A stretch of DNA of 64,000 bases from Gekko japonicus. Its lineage: Eukaryota. Made by a program: the position numbers and the translations under genes. This document shows positions 26,139 to 36,363 of this stretch, one piece after another; position 1 is the stretch's first letter; every line of letters starts with the position of its first letter. The notes under the pieces are model-generated. The model worked only from the letters and a program-made list of their open reading frames with translations, searched no databases and was not told the origin of the DNA. Where the stretch lies: assembly GCF_001447785.1 (NCBI RefSeq), contig NW_015168093.1:192032-256031 (forward strand), read 5' to 3'.

Positions 26139-26485
26139 TAGGGATAGATACAAACCAGTTTACGAACTAAAGTTCATCATGAATTTTGGCTGGTTCGTGG
26201 TTTGCAAAGTGATGTTCGTGAACTGCAGAACTGCCATGAACTTCCACAAATTTTGGTGTTCATAGCAGGTTGTGAAGAACTCTTCACAAAAAACAGCTGT
26301 TGCTCAGCTGTTTGGAAACCCCTGCTTTCTGCTCCCCATGAAAAGCTGCAGGGAGCAGAAAGTAGGGGTTTAAAATTTAAATGGCTCACTTTTTGGGTCA
26401 GTTTGCAAACCAATGTCCCGGTTCATATGGGTTCGTGGATCAGCCACAAACCGAACAGTAAAAATGCATTTTGTGCCCATCCCTA
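26139..26485. mobile_element. Non-autonomous hAT (family ends also at 45328 and 50209)
   Basis: tagggat...catcccta; degenerate TSD attaagaa/atttaaaa. Confidence 0.7.
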
Positions 26486-26669
26486 ATTTAAAAGACTGTT
26501 ATGGTTCAGCCCTACTTGAATCCTGGCATCGTTCCAAGACTCATGTTGCCTTTAGGAAAAAGTCTGTCTTAACATTGGCTGATGTTTCTGTTGTTCTATA
26601 TATGCTAATATGAGACTCATAGAAGTCACCAGGTTTGTGATGAATGTCTCTTTTCGATCTTTGAAACAG

Positions 26670-26705
26670 GGTTTGCCAGGACCACCTGGTCTCCGAGGAC
26701 AAAGG
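26670..26705 (+). CDS. COL7A1: Exon, 36 nt: GLPGPPGLRGQR, with GC donor
   Basis: aaacag acceptor; phase-0 boundary is AGG/gcaagt. Confidence 0.85.
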
Positions 26706-27794
26706 GCAAGTACTTTCTGTTGAACTTCCGTACATAAAGTGTGCCATCAAAGCAGAGCTGTTAAAGCTTGAGGGGGCTGAAAATTGGAGCTGTCATTCTC
26801 CTTTATGCAGAAATAACTTGTATTTAACAACCATGCTCTTATGCTGCTCTTGACCGCCATCACTGGTGCCTAACCGTCATTACCATGCACACACAGAGGT
26901 TGACTGGAAAGCATAGTGCAAATCCTGCAGGCCTGAGTCACATTGGAGTACATCTAAAAAAGCCTTTATCCTGTGGATTACCTCTTGGGTAGACCAACCC
27001 AGGTGTCTCTGTGTGGGTTTCAGAGGAAAACGTTGATTTTTAATTTTGGTAACTTTTCCCCCTAACCAGCAAAGCTCTTTTATAATCACCCATTCTGTTT
27101 GTTGGGCCTGCACATCTGTAGAGTTGTACCAGTCCCTTTTGGCTAGTTGGAAGGGTAGCCTTGAAGAAGTATCACAAGCAAAGCACTCCTCACTCCCCAA
27201 AGTGGAGCATCTTTTGTCTTACAGGCATGCTGAGCATTGTTGGGAGAAGTAAGCATGCTGAGCATCTCCTTTGCTAAGAGAAGGCATACACAATGTGTAA
27301 CCTACTAAACCAAATGAAGTCTGCCAAATATATATTGTGACTTGTCAGATACATCACAGTGCCCCCACCTTTTGCTGTCAGACAGGCAGTAAATTTAGTA
27401 AGCCCCTAGTGAACTGCTTTATATGGCTGCATAGGGCATGTACAGGCCTGGTCTATACAGTCCTGAAAGTCAAGTTAATCCTTCTTGTCAAAAAGCTGGC
27501 AAAGCTACATGATCTTTTCTGTTTCTTGAACTTGCTGAGATCAAGGATTTAACTGTTTCCATGCAATAATGATATAAACTCTTGAAAGAGTAACTTGTTC
27601 TTAATTAACTCCTAATTAGGCTGGGGTGCTGGGTCCCCCTGCCCATGTGGAGCCTGAAGTTATAATGTCTGGTTTGTGGTAGATGTCCTAATGAGATTGC
27701 AAGCAGGGATCAATTACAACAGATTTCTTTGTAAGATGATCATCATTTTCATGGGCTGTCTTGTCTCTCCTTCATATGTCATTTCCTTCTTCAG

Positions 27795-27821
27795 GGAGAG
27801 CCTGGTGAACCTGGGACTCCG
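27795..27821 (+). CDS. COL7A1: Exon, 27 nt: GEPGEPGTP
   Basis: cttcag / gtaagt. Confidence 0.9.
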
Positions 27822-28278
27822 GTAAGTGCCACTGCATTGAATAAGAACGTCATGTAAGAATGCTGCTGTATCTCTTTGGGTGGGGGATGTCATGAGGAAA
27901 CTCTTCCAAGCTCACACTTGCTCTTTTTTCCTGCTTGTATCATTCCTGGGCCAAGAAGATTCAATGTCCTTTTGCCACCTCAAGGCACTTTTGTCTACAT
28001 GTCAGGACAGATTAGTCAATGCAATCCAATCTAGCACCTGCTAAATTCTTGAGAAAAGGGCATCTTGATTATGGCATGAAGAGAGGACTGACTGAAGATT
28101 GTTATTACTCCATCTTCTACAGTGAGAGAGCACAAGAACAACTTTATCATCTCTCCATCCTGAACTGAATAGATCCCAATTTCTATTAGCTATTTCCACA
28201 CATCCTGGAATTGGATGACATTGTCAGTTTTGCTTTAACCAGACGTCAGCAGTTTCTTCCCTTGTTTGTCTTTTCTAG

Positions 28279-28311
28279 GCTCCCGGCGTCTCAGGAATTA
28301 AAGGGGACAAG
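28279..28311 (+). CDS. COL7A1: Exon, 33 nt: APGVSGIKGDK (copy 1)
   Basis: ttctag / gtaatt. Confidence 0.85.
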
Positions 28312-28660
28312 GTAATTTCATGGAAACAAATGTGCTCCTAATGTCTTTTTGCCGCCTCAAGGCACTTTTGTCTACATGTCAGCAGCTCACAGATTAGTCA
28401 GTGCAATCCAATCTAGCACCTGCTAAATTCTTGAGAAAAGGGCATCTTGATTATGGCATGAAGAGAGGACTGACTGAAGATTGTTATTACTCCATCTTCT
28501 ACAGTGAGAGAGCACAAGAACAACTTTATCATCTCTCCATCCTGAACTGAATAGATCCCAATTTCTATTAGCTATTTCCACACATCCTGGAATTGGATGA
28601 CATTGTCAGTTTTGCTTTAACCAGACGTCAGCAGTTTCTTCCCTTGTTTGTCTTTTCTAG

Positions 28661-28693
28661 GCTCCCGGCGTCTCAGGAATTAAAGGGGACAAG
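28661..28693 (+). CDS. COL7A1: Exon, 33 nt: APGVSGIKGDK (identical copy 2)
   Basis: Same exon and splice sites 382 nt downstream, in a tandem duplication. Confidence 0.6.
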
Positions 28694-28967
28694 GTAATTT
28701 CATGGAAACAAATGTGCTCCGTAGTAGGGATTTGCAGAATGGGCAGTATGACATAAGTATGCCCTCATTGACTTTATATTTTCTTGGGGAAAGTTGCCTT
28801 GTAAAAAGTCTTCCAATCCTATCTTAACTCTTTTTTCAGATGATTTCATGTCTGGGTTTTGATAGCACCTTAGCAAGCAGTAATGTGTATCTTTCTTTAA
28901 AAATAGAACAAGCAGTGTTTTGGCATGCCACTGCAGAGGACTGATGACATTATCCTTTTCTTTCTAG

Positions 28968-29039
28968 GGAGAGAGAGGCCTTCTTGGACCAGAGGGACCA
29001 CCTGGGCCCAGAGGAGAGCCTGGAAACAAAGGGGATCGT
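28968..29039 (+). CDS. COL7A1: Exon, 72 nt: GERGLLGPEGPPGPRGEPGNKGDR
   Basis: ttctag / gtgagt. Confidence 0.93.
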
Positions 29040-29169
29040 GTGAGTATCTTTGATATTCAAAAGGGATGAACACACTTTATGGTTACAAAACTTCAGAATA
29101 TAGACTGTGCTTCCCTCCATTTGGGCTCTGAGTTTCAACCAAAAGCTTCTTCATAACTGGAGGAGGGTA

Positions 29170-30140
29170 TACGTAGATGATTTAAGCAACCTACTGATTT
29201 CGCAGACAGGTCATATAGAAGTGAACTTTATAAGGACATCCAGAAATTAACTGCTTTTTGGCGATGCCGTGGCTTGTTTTGGTGGCCACAGAGGCAAAAC
29301 AGTGGGTTCTCAGAGCTCAGCATGTGGCTTCTAGGGACTCTACCTCATCTTCAGCCTTATGCACAGTCTTTCCTTTCCTGTGTTCTATTTAAATGCTTCA
29401 GGAGGGAGGTGTGGATGGAAAAGTTCTCCCTGCCTCTGGAGCAGACACCCTCTCCATCACTGAGGTTCTCATGGGTGATAGTGTACTGTCTCTGATCACA
29501 CCAAAGCCTGTTATCCCAGAAAGGGGCAAATAGTGTTCTGCTGACCGACCCTCAGTATTCCTCACTCCAGGATTCCACAATTTATGGTGGCTGCAGTGAG
29601 TAACCTTCCAGCCCAGTCCCACATCCACAAGGGGTTTATCAGTGCCTTTGAGGATGGGTGAGAGATGACAGCCCCCATCCCCTGACACCCTAAAGATTTC
29701 CTCCCGTCATTTGAGACAGAGTGTCTCATCCCTCAGATTTGTGACTGAAGAAGAAAGGTGGAAGTACAGGACATGGAGGAGGATGTAACAAGAACAGGGC
29801 AGAAGCACAGATCAGAAAAAGAGAAAAAGCCAGGAAAAGGCTTCCTCTTTGTCGTCTTCTTTCCCTCCCCCCCACAGATACAAGAGTCACAGAACGGTCT
29901 CCAGGAGATCATACAGGTCCTTCAGCCATTCCTCTGAGGACTCGGTGAACTACTTGCTTGTCTCCTCAGCTACAGCCCTGGGCGGGGGGATCCAGAGGCA
30001 TTCTATCCAGCTCCTCATTCCGCTTCAGCTGTCCTTCCTGTCCTTGCTCCTTGGCTCACTGTCTCTTCAGCAGTACCTAGTGGAGCACTCCACTCCCCCA
30101 TAGCAGCAGCCAGTACTGCAGCAACTGCTATAATGCACTG
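29170..30140 (-). mobile_element. Possible decayed DIRS gag remnant
   Basis: Low-complexity, coding-like sequence resembling reptile DIRS gag; weak. Confidence 0.3.
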
Positions 30141-30773
30141 CTCTGCCCCTAGGGTTCATGATGAGGAGCTGGTCTTGAAATCCTGTACAGATACATTTGT
30201 CTATACAAGATTCCATGGCAAAGTGCGGAATTGAACCTGGATCTGCCAGATCCTAGTCCAACACTCTATAAACATTACAACTTGCTGGCCTCCATGATGT
30301 GGAAGATGTGTCTCTGAGACTCTGGAGTGCCACTGCCATTCTGTATAGACAGTACTGACCTTGATAAACCAGTGGTCAGTATAATAAGGTAGCTTCGTGT
30401 GTGCTCTGTACTTTTAAACAGGAGAACACTTTCTTGTCTGGTCACCTGCCAGTAGATCAAATTCTAGGACAAAGCTGGATGATAAAAAGCCTTGCTTTTG
30501 TGACAGGGATTGGAAGGTGATTGTTTTTTGGGTGAGTGGAAATTACAGAATTCTTCCAGTGGCGAAGAATGAGTTTCTGCCCTGTTACACAAGTTTTTTT
30601 TACCAAATTCTAAATCAGAACTCAACTGTTTGAGGTTATTATGTAATAATAATTGGGTCCTTCCAAAGAGTGGCTGAATTTTGAATCATCGTAATATAAG
30701 TGAGACTAATCTCAAAGATGTGACACTAGGGACTGTAATCTTGTAAAAGATTCTTATTTTGACTTCCTTTTAG

Positions 30774-30833
30774 GGGTCTCCTGGATTAAGTCTCCCTGGC
30801 ATAGCTGGTCCAAAAGGAGAACAAGGGGACAGA
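30774..30833 (+). CDS. COL7A1: Exon, 60 nt: GSPGLSLPGIAGPKGEQGDR
   Basis: ttttag / gtgagt. Confidence 0.93.
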
Positions 30834-31180
30834 GTGAGTCATATCCTAATTTCCTGGGTCTAGAACTAGCTTTGTTTCCCAAGAGCTGTGTTGATTTCCC
30901 TCTTTGTTCCAAGGAGCAGAGATCTGTTAGTTTGTGCTCTTTGATGGGAGGCAGGAAGCCTGACCTGGTAGTGATTGGTTCAGTAGCCTGACATGAGTAC
31001 AGGCTCCCAACACCAGCAGATATGATGAGCAGATCTGAGGCTTATGAATCTTTTCATCAGTACATTTTTCATTGCCCCCTGCCCCCTGCCCCTTTCTCAT
31101 AGGATGGCTCTAGGAGCCTTGCTTTCCCTGAATGACACAGAACCATATTAATCATCTGTCTCTTCCTTTCTCCTAACCAG

Positions 31181-31216
31181 GGGATTGTTGGCCTCCCTGG
31201 CAAAATTGGACCAAAG
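31181..31216 (+). CDS. COL7A1: Exon, 36 nt: GIVGLPGKIGPK
   Basis: aaccag / gtaact. Confidence 0.92.
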
Positions 31217-31554
31217 GTAACTACTGTGCATTCATTGACGAGACCATAAGAATAGGGATAGGGGTCCTGAACTGACTGGCGGGGGCTTGCATGAGTATGT
31301 ACACCGGGAATGTGAGCTAGTTTCTGTCTGCACGGATTTCTAGTAATGCAGATTGTTCATCATGCCCTCCAGAATATGTGATTCTGGGTCAGCCAAGCTA
31401 TGAGGCTTGAGAGAAAAATGAAAATCACCAAAGGGAAATCACTATTCTGGTAATTTTAGCACACTCTGTTATACTTTTTATATTGCAAATATCTATTATA
31501 AACAACATTCATTGTATAAAATACATTTAATGAGTATAAGTAAACCTATATAAA

Positions 31555-31840
31555 GCCAGTTTGGTGTAGTGGTTAAGTGTGCGGACTCTAATCTGGGAGA
31601 ACTGGGTTTGATTCCCCACTCCTCCACTTGCACTGGGCTGGATGACCTTGGGCAAGCCACAGTTCTGATAAGAGCTGTCCTTGAAAAAGAGAAGTTTCTG
31701 TCAGAGCTCTCTCAGCACCACCTACCTCACAGGGTGTCTGTTGTGGGGAGGGGAAGGGAAGGGAAAGGAGTTTGTAAGCCGCTCTGAGACACCTTTGGGT
31801 AGTGAAGGGCAGGGTATAAATCCAATCTCTTCTTTTCTTC
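31555..31840 (+). mobile_element. Abundant gecko-type tRNA SINE with L2-like tail (probably Squam3-type)
   Basis: gccagtttggtgtagtggttaag...gggtttgattcccc...gtataaatccaatctcttct; four copies in window. Confidence 0.85.
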
Positions 31841-33322
31841 TACATAGTTCTGTGGTCAAAGACCATAGAAAATGGTACTAATACAATACAAAATTTAAAA
31901 ACAGTCCTGGCTACATTCCTGGATTCTTTTTGTGACATTACCACTTTAAGGCATCTTGATGGAGCTATGAAGAAAAAAAAGGACTGAAAAGCCTTCATTT
32001 TTTCAAGCTCTTGACCAATGCCCTCCAGAATATGTGATTCTGGGTCAACCAAGCTATGAGGCTTGGCTTCTCAAGTTAGAAAGTTGCCGGCTTTGGAGTC
32101 ATTTGTTTGTCATTACATTTCTGTTCTCCAGGGAGTTCAGGGCAATATACATTAGAATTTCTTCATCATTGGAGATGGTATACTGAAGGTGGATTACTCC
32201 TCTCACTTGGTCCAATAGGCAAGGTTATTTAAGTTAGTTGTCTGATCGGGTGGGAGGAAGATCCCTCCAATTCTGAGCCTGCTTGCTCTGCAGAACAAAG
32301 GCACCTTCAGAGCTCCTGCTTTACAGGAGTACAGCTCCTGTCAAAATATGTGAGTTGTTTCAGACATTCCCTTCTTTACGTAGCAAAGAAGGAGGGCACA
32401 CTATCTTTCACATTTTGTGGGGGAACTTTATGTGCAGTCTTTGCAATCCCAACCCAGTTGTGTACTCCAAGCCTACTAGCATAATTATGGTCAGCAAAAG
32501 GAAACTGACTAAACCTATAGCTGCCAAATAATGGAGGATTGATTAGAAATAGCAGGAGGTGTCTCTCTATTTTCTCTCTCTCAAAACAGTCATGAAAGAG
32601 CAGTTGGCTTTAGGTCACCCAATGAGTTTCACTGCTGAGAGTGGATATGAATACTAGTCTCTCCAGTTCAAGTCCAGTACTCTGCCCACTAGTTATCTGA
32701 TAGTGGACCTTACATAATATCTATTTGTTTTATTTATTTAGAATATTTCTCAGCCATGTTTTTACTTTGGAGGTCTACGGGGTAATATACAGTAAAATCA
32801 AGATTAAAACAAATAAAGGGCAGAACTGTAAAATAACACTTGAAAGTCACAAAGCAGTTGTAAGTGAAAGAAGCCAGATAGAAACCAATAGTATCAAACA
32901 TTAATAAGAGCAGCAGAAGTATAGATCAGCATATAAAAACCTTGAAAGATTGGCCCTGAAAGTCTTATTTGGTGCTTGAGTACAGTAATGTTAACATCTC
33001 ATGAGCATTTCTGGGAAGATAATTTTATCAGTAGGGCATCACTGTTGAAAGTCACCATTCATGCTCTTAGACAACAGATGGAGAAAGGCCTCTGATGTAG
33101 ATCCCCAAACTGGGCAGATTTGTATGACAATAAGTGGTCCTTCAAGTATCATGGTCCCAAGCTGTTTAGGAATTTAACTGCACTTTGAGTAAGGATTTGG
33201 ATAGAGACATCTAGTCTTCCCCGGTGCATGTATGTGTATGATGGCCTGTGGTTTTGTCCTGACTGAAGATCTTGCTTTGTTGAAAACAATATAATGTTCT
33301 TACCTTTGTTTCCCTTCCTCAG

Positions 33323-33409
33323 GGTGACCCTGGAGAGCCAGGTGAGAGAGGAGAGCCAGGGAGAGCAGGGGCCCCTGGGCCCAGTGGCTTGCTGGGGGAA
33401 GAGGGAAGA
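33323..33409 (+). CDS. COL7A1: Exon, 87 nt: GDPGEPGERGEPGRAGAPGPSGLLGEEGR
   Basis: cctcag acceptor; first in-frame GT after the repeat is gtgagg at 33410. Confidence 0.82.
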
Positions 33410-33826
33410 GTGAGGAAAGGAATTATCTCTCTTGTTGTAGACAGTATGGGCAGGTATGGCAAATGCAGTGTTGTTTGCAGCAGAATGTGTGCCTGCAAAT
33501 GGGCAAGGCATTTGAATATAGGGCAATTATAGCCAGAATAGGCACTGTGTTTACATGGTTTTCAAGCATATTTTTGCATCAGAATGCTATGGCAATATCA
33601 GCACATTACTTTTGACAATCAGATTCTTTTTCATGGGTTTATGTAGAAGGATATTAAACAGAAAATTTGTAGACTCCTTTTGAGAGTCTGACCTGTTGCA
33701 TAAGATTCCACTGGGTCTTTAAAGAGGAGATGCATTTGAGGTACTTAAAACAGAGGACTGGCTGTGGTTGAGTTTTGGTGGTAATGAGACTTATGATTCT
33801 TTACTATATGGATGTTTTGCTTCTAG

Positions 33827-33862
33827 GGTGAAAAGGGAGACAGAGGTGAAGAAGGGACCTCA
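33827..33862 (+). CDS. COL7A1: Exon, 36 nt: GEKGDRGEEGTS
   Basis: ttctag / gtaagt. Confidence 0.92.
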
Positions 33863-33952
33863 GTAAGTGACAGCCTCTCGGTTTGACATTCACTCAGATG
33901 TGTGTTCTTACTTTTAATCACTAGTCTCTCATTTCTCTTCTTCTTACTCAAG

Positions 33953-33997
33953 GGTGAGCCAGGTCCACCTGGCAAACTTGGAGAAAGAGGTCCAAGG
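33953..33997 (+). CDS. COL7A1: Exon, 45 nt: GEPGPPGKLGERGPR
   Basis: ctcaag / gtaagt. Confidence 0.92.
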
Positions 33998-34289
33998 GTA
34001 AGTAGAGTGGGAACATCCCCCCAAAATGAGCCTGCTTTGGCAGGGAGGGCGGAGTAAAAATTGAATAAATAAATAAATGAATCAATGTATGAAGTGAAAA
34101 CACGAATTCAGAACTGTTGTGGCAAATATCTGCAGGGTCTTCTAAGCTCAGAGATAAGGATAGATACTTTCCTTACCAATGGTCTGCTGAATAAAGACTG
34201 CTTCTGCTGAACATAGTTTTACTTGTTTGGACCCCTTCCACTGAAATCTATAATGTGATGATAATGACCATCCTTGTTTTGAGGCAATC

Positions 34290-34660
34290 CTGGAAAATGT
34301 TGCTTTCCTTCCAGTAAATGCAGCGGCCAGGCTGTTGATGGGTCTCTCTATACGAGACCACATCCAACCTGTGCTGCACTGCACTGTACTGGCTGCCAAT
34401 AGCTTACTGGATCCGATTTCAAGGTGCTGGTTTTGACCTTTAAAGCCCTATATGGTCAGGGGCGTGCCTACTTGAGGGACTGTCTCTCCCCACATATACC
34501 CCAGAGAGCACTGAGGTCAGGGACACAGAATTGCCTGACTCTTCCTGGCCCGAGAAATGTCAAGTTGGCTGCTACTAGAGCCAGGGCCTTTTCATTGGCG
34601 GCTCCACGCTGGTGGAATGAGCTCCCGGATAACATCAGGGCCCTGCGGGACCTTTTACAA
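34290..34660 (+). mobile_element. L2 LINE ORF2 3' fragment
   Basis: NAAARLL..RDHIQPVL..VLVLTFKALYGQGRAYLRDCL..RAFSLAAPRWWNELP. Confidence 0.8.
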
Positions 34661-34824
34661 TTCTTATACTCCCTACCTTCATTGAGTTAGGGCCCTCATC
34701 TTGCTAGAATGTCTGCATGCGCCCACCTCCATCCCAGTTTAGCCATTTCTTTAAGCGTCACCTTAGCATTGTCCTATGTAAGGCTGGTACCTGATAACAG
34801 TTCCTTTTTCTGTTTTTACCATAG

Positions 34825-34896
34825 GGTCCACCAGGAAACCGAGGAATCTCTGGTGAGAAGGGGGACCCGGGGGACCCTGGTGAAGACGGAAGAAAT
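34825..34896 (+). CDS. COL7A1: Exon, 72 nt: GPPGNRGISGEKGDPGDPGEDGRN
   Basis: ccatag / gtaaga. Confidence 0.93.
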
Positions 34897-34982
34897 GTAA
34901 GATAACATTTCATTTCTCTTAGCTCTGTTACAGCACCAACTACCAACCCTTGTCTTTACCATCTTGCTTTTTCCTCTTTTAG

Positions 34983-35027
34983 GGTAGCCCTGGAGCACCA
35001 GGCACAAAGGGTGACCGAGGAGAGCCT
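34983..35027 (+). CDS. COL7A1: Exon, 45 nt: GSPGAPGTKGDRGEP
   Basis: ttttag / gtaagt. Confidence 0.93.
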
Positions 35028-35484
35028 GTAAGTAGCAGTGTCATTTGTCCCAGTTTGTTTGAAAGAACACCTGCTGAGGGCTATTCCCATGCAGTCTAAA
35101 GTATGCCAGTGAGATCTTGCCTCAAAAGCATAGATAATAATGGAGTTCTAGATCAGAATGGAAAGCTGAAAGTAAACCCTGGATTTTAATGCAGAAGGCT
35201 GTTTGCCAACCACACTCTTCATTGTATGACAGACATGAGAAGGGATACTCAAAACCTCTCGGTAGAGCCCTTACAGGGGCTGATTTTAATTCATGGCACT
35301 TCTCATCCAATCTGTTACTTTGTGTATGTATTAGTATGCAGGGCCCCCTGTGTCCCAAGCTCTTCACCTACATATGCTCTTACTGTCCTGCTTATTTTAA
35401 TGCTCTCCATTACTATCCATTGCATTCATACCCCAGGGACTCTTGGCACTGTGGATAAAACTATTGTCCCAGTTCACTACATTG

Positions 35485-35554
35485 AACAGGCCTGGTGTGA
35501 TCTGGTCCACGGGGTCGCGAAGAGTCGGACTCGACTGTGCGACTGAACAACAAC
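35485..35554 (+). mobile_element. RTE-BovB 3' terminus
   Basis: ggtccacggggtcgcgaagagtcggactcgactgtgcgactgaacaacaac. Confidence 0.75.
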
Positions 35555-35837
35555 TACATTTTAGTGATGGGGCTGTGTCAACCAGTAGAGCGTTAAGTAT
35601 TTTTTATGCTGATTCTGGATTTGACATCTAGTCTCTAGGAAAGCTGAATCTCCAGAATCCCTATCAATGCCTGGTAGAAGTGTTTCAGTGTCTTCTCTGT
35701 ATTGTGTGCATTGAGGACATTGCCTTCTGTTAGCAAGTGTGCAGTGTTTCTCTTTGGTCTAGTATGAGATAGATCCAAGATATTATTAAATCACTTATTG
35801 CTTAATCTTTGCCTGTTATCCTTCCTCCTCCCTGCAG

Positions 35838-35864
35838 GGGCTGCCTGGACCACCAGGCCAGACA
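35838..35864 (+). CDS. COL7A1: Exon, 27 nt: GLPGPPGQT
   Basis: ctgcag / gtaagt. Confidence 0.92.
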
Positions 35865-35959
35865 GTAAGTTCCATGTTTTCTCCCTGGTCCTGGTACTGT
35901 TTTTATTACTTTAATTCTACAAAAATCTGACCTGCTGTTTCTACCCCCTCCCCCCACAG

Positions 35960-35981
35960 GTCAGTGGAGGATATCTACCCG
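35960..35981 (+). CDS. COL7A1: Candidate interruption micro-exon VSGGYLP plus 1 nt (22 nt, out of frame)
   Basis: Strong pyrimidine tract + cag; gtaggg donor; position of the human VDTGPGAREK interruption. Confidence 0.45.
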
Positions 35982-36195
35982 GTAGGGGCTCTTGGAATAC
36001 TGGCATCCCTGAACCAGAAGTGTTCTTGTGAACATGGGAAGGCAGAACAGTGTTCTTTGCAACGTAATGGTGTTTGAGATAAATCGTTTACTCAGCACAT
36101 ACTTCAGAAATAGTTTGTGATAGGTGTTATTTCATGAGAAGTTGGCAATGACATGTTTTCTAACTAGTCACTTAACTGTTTCCCTTCCCTTCCAG

Positions 36196-36294
36196 GGAGA
36201 CCCAGGAGACCCTGGAGAAGATGGGATGAAAGGTGTGAAAGGAGAAACTGGGCTACCTGGCCAGCCTGGAGAACGTGGCCAGCTGGGAGAACGG
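36196..36294 (+). CDS. COL7A1: Exon, 99 nt: GDPGDPGEDGMKGVKGETGLPGQPGERGQLGER
   Basis: ttccag / gtgggt. Confidence 0.9.
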
Positions 36295-36363
36295 GTGGGT
36301 ACCATTTTGTTGGATAATAGACGGGCAAGAAAGGGATTCAGAACTACACCAAAGAAAGTGTAG

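Larger units (their letters stand above)
27964..28720 (+). repeat. Tandem duplication of a ~380-bp unit containing one exon
   Basis: 27964-28338 vs 28340-28720 are near-identical. Confidence 0.93.
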
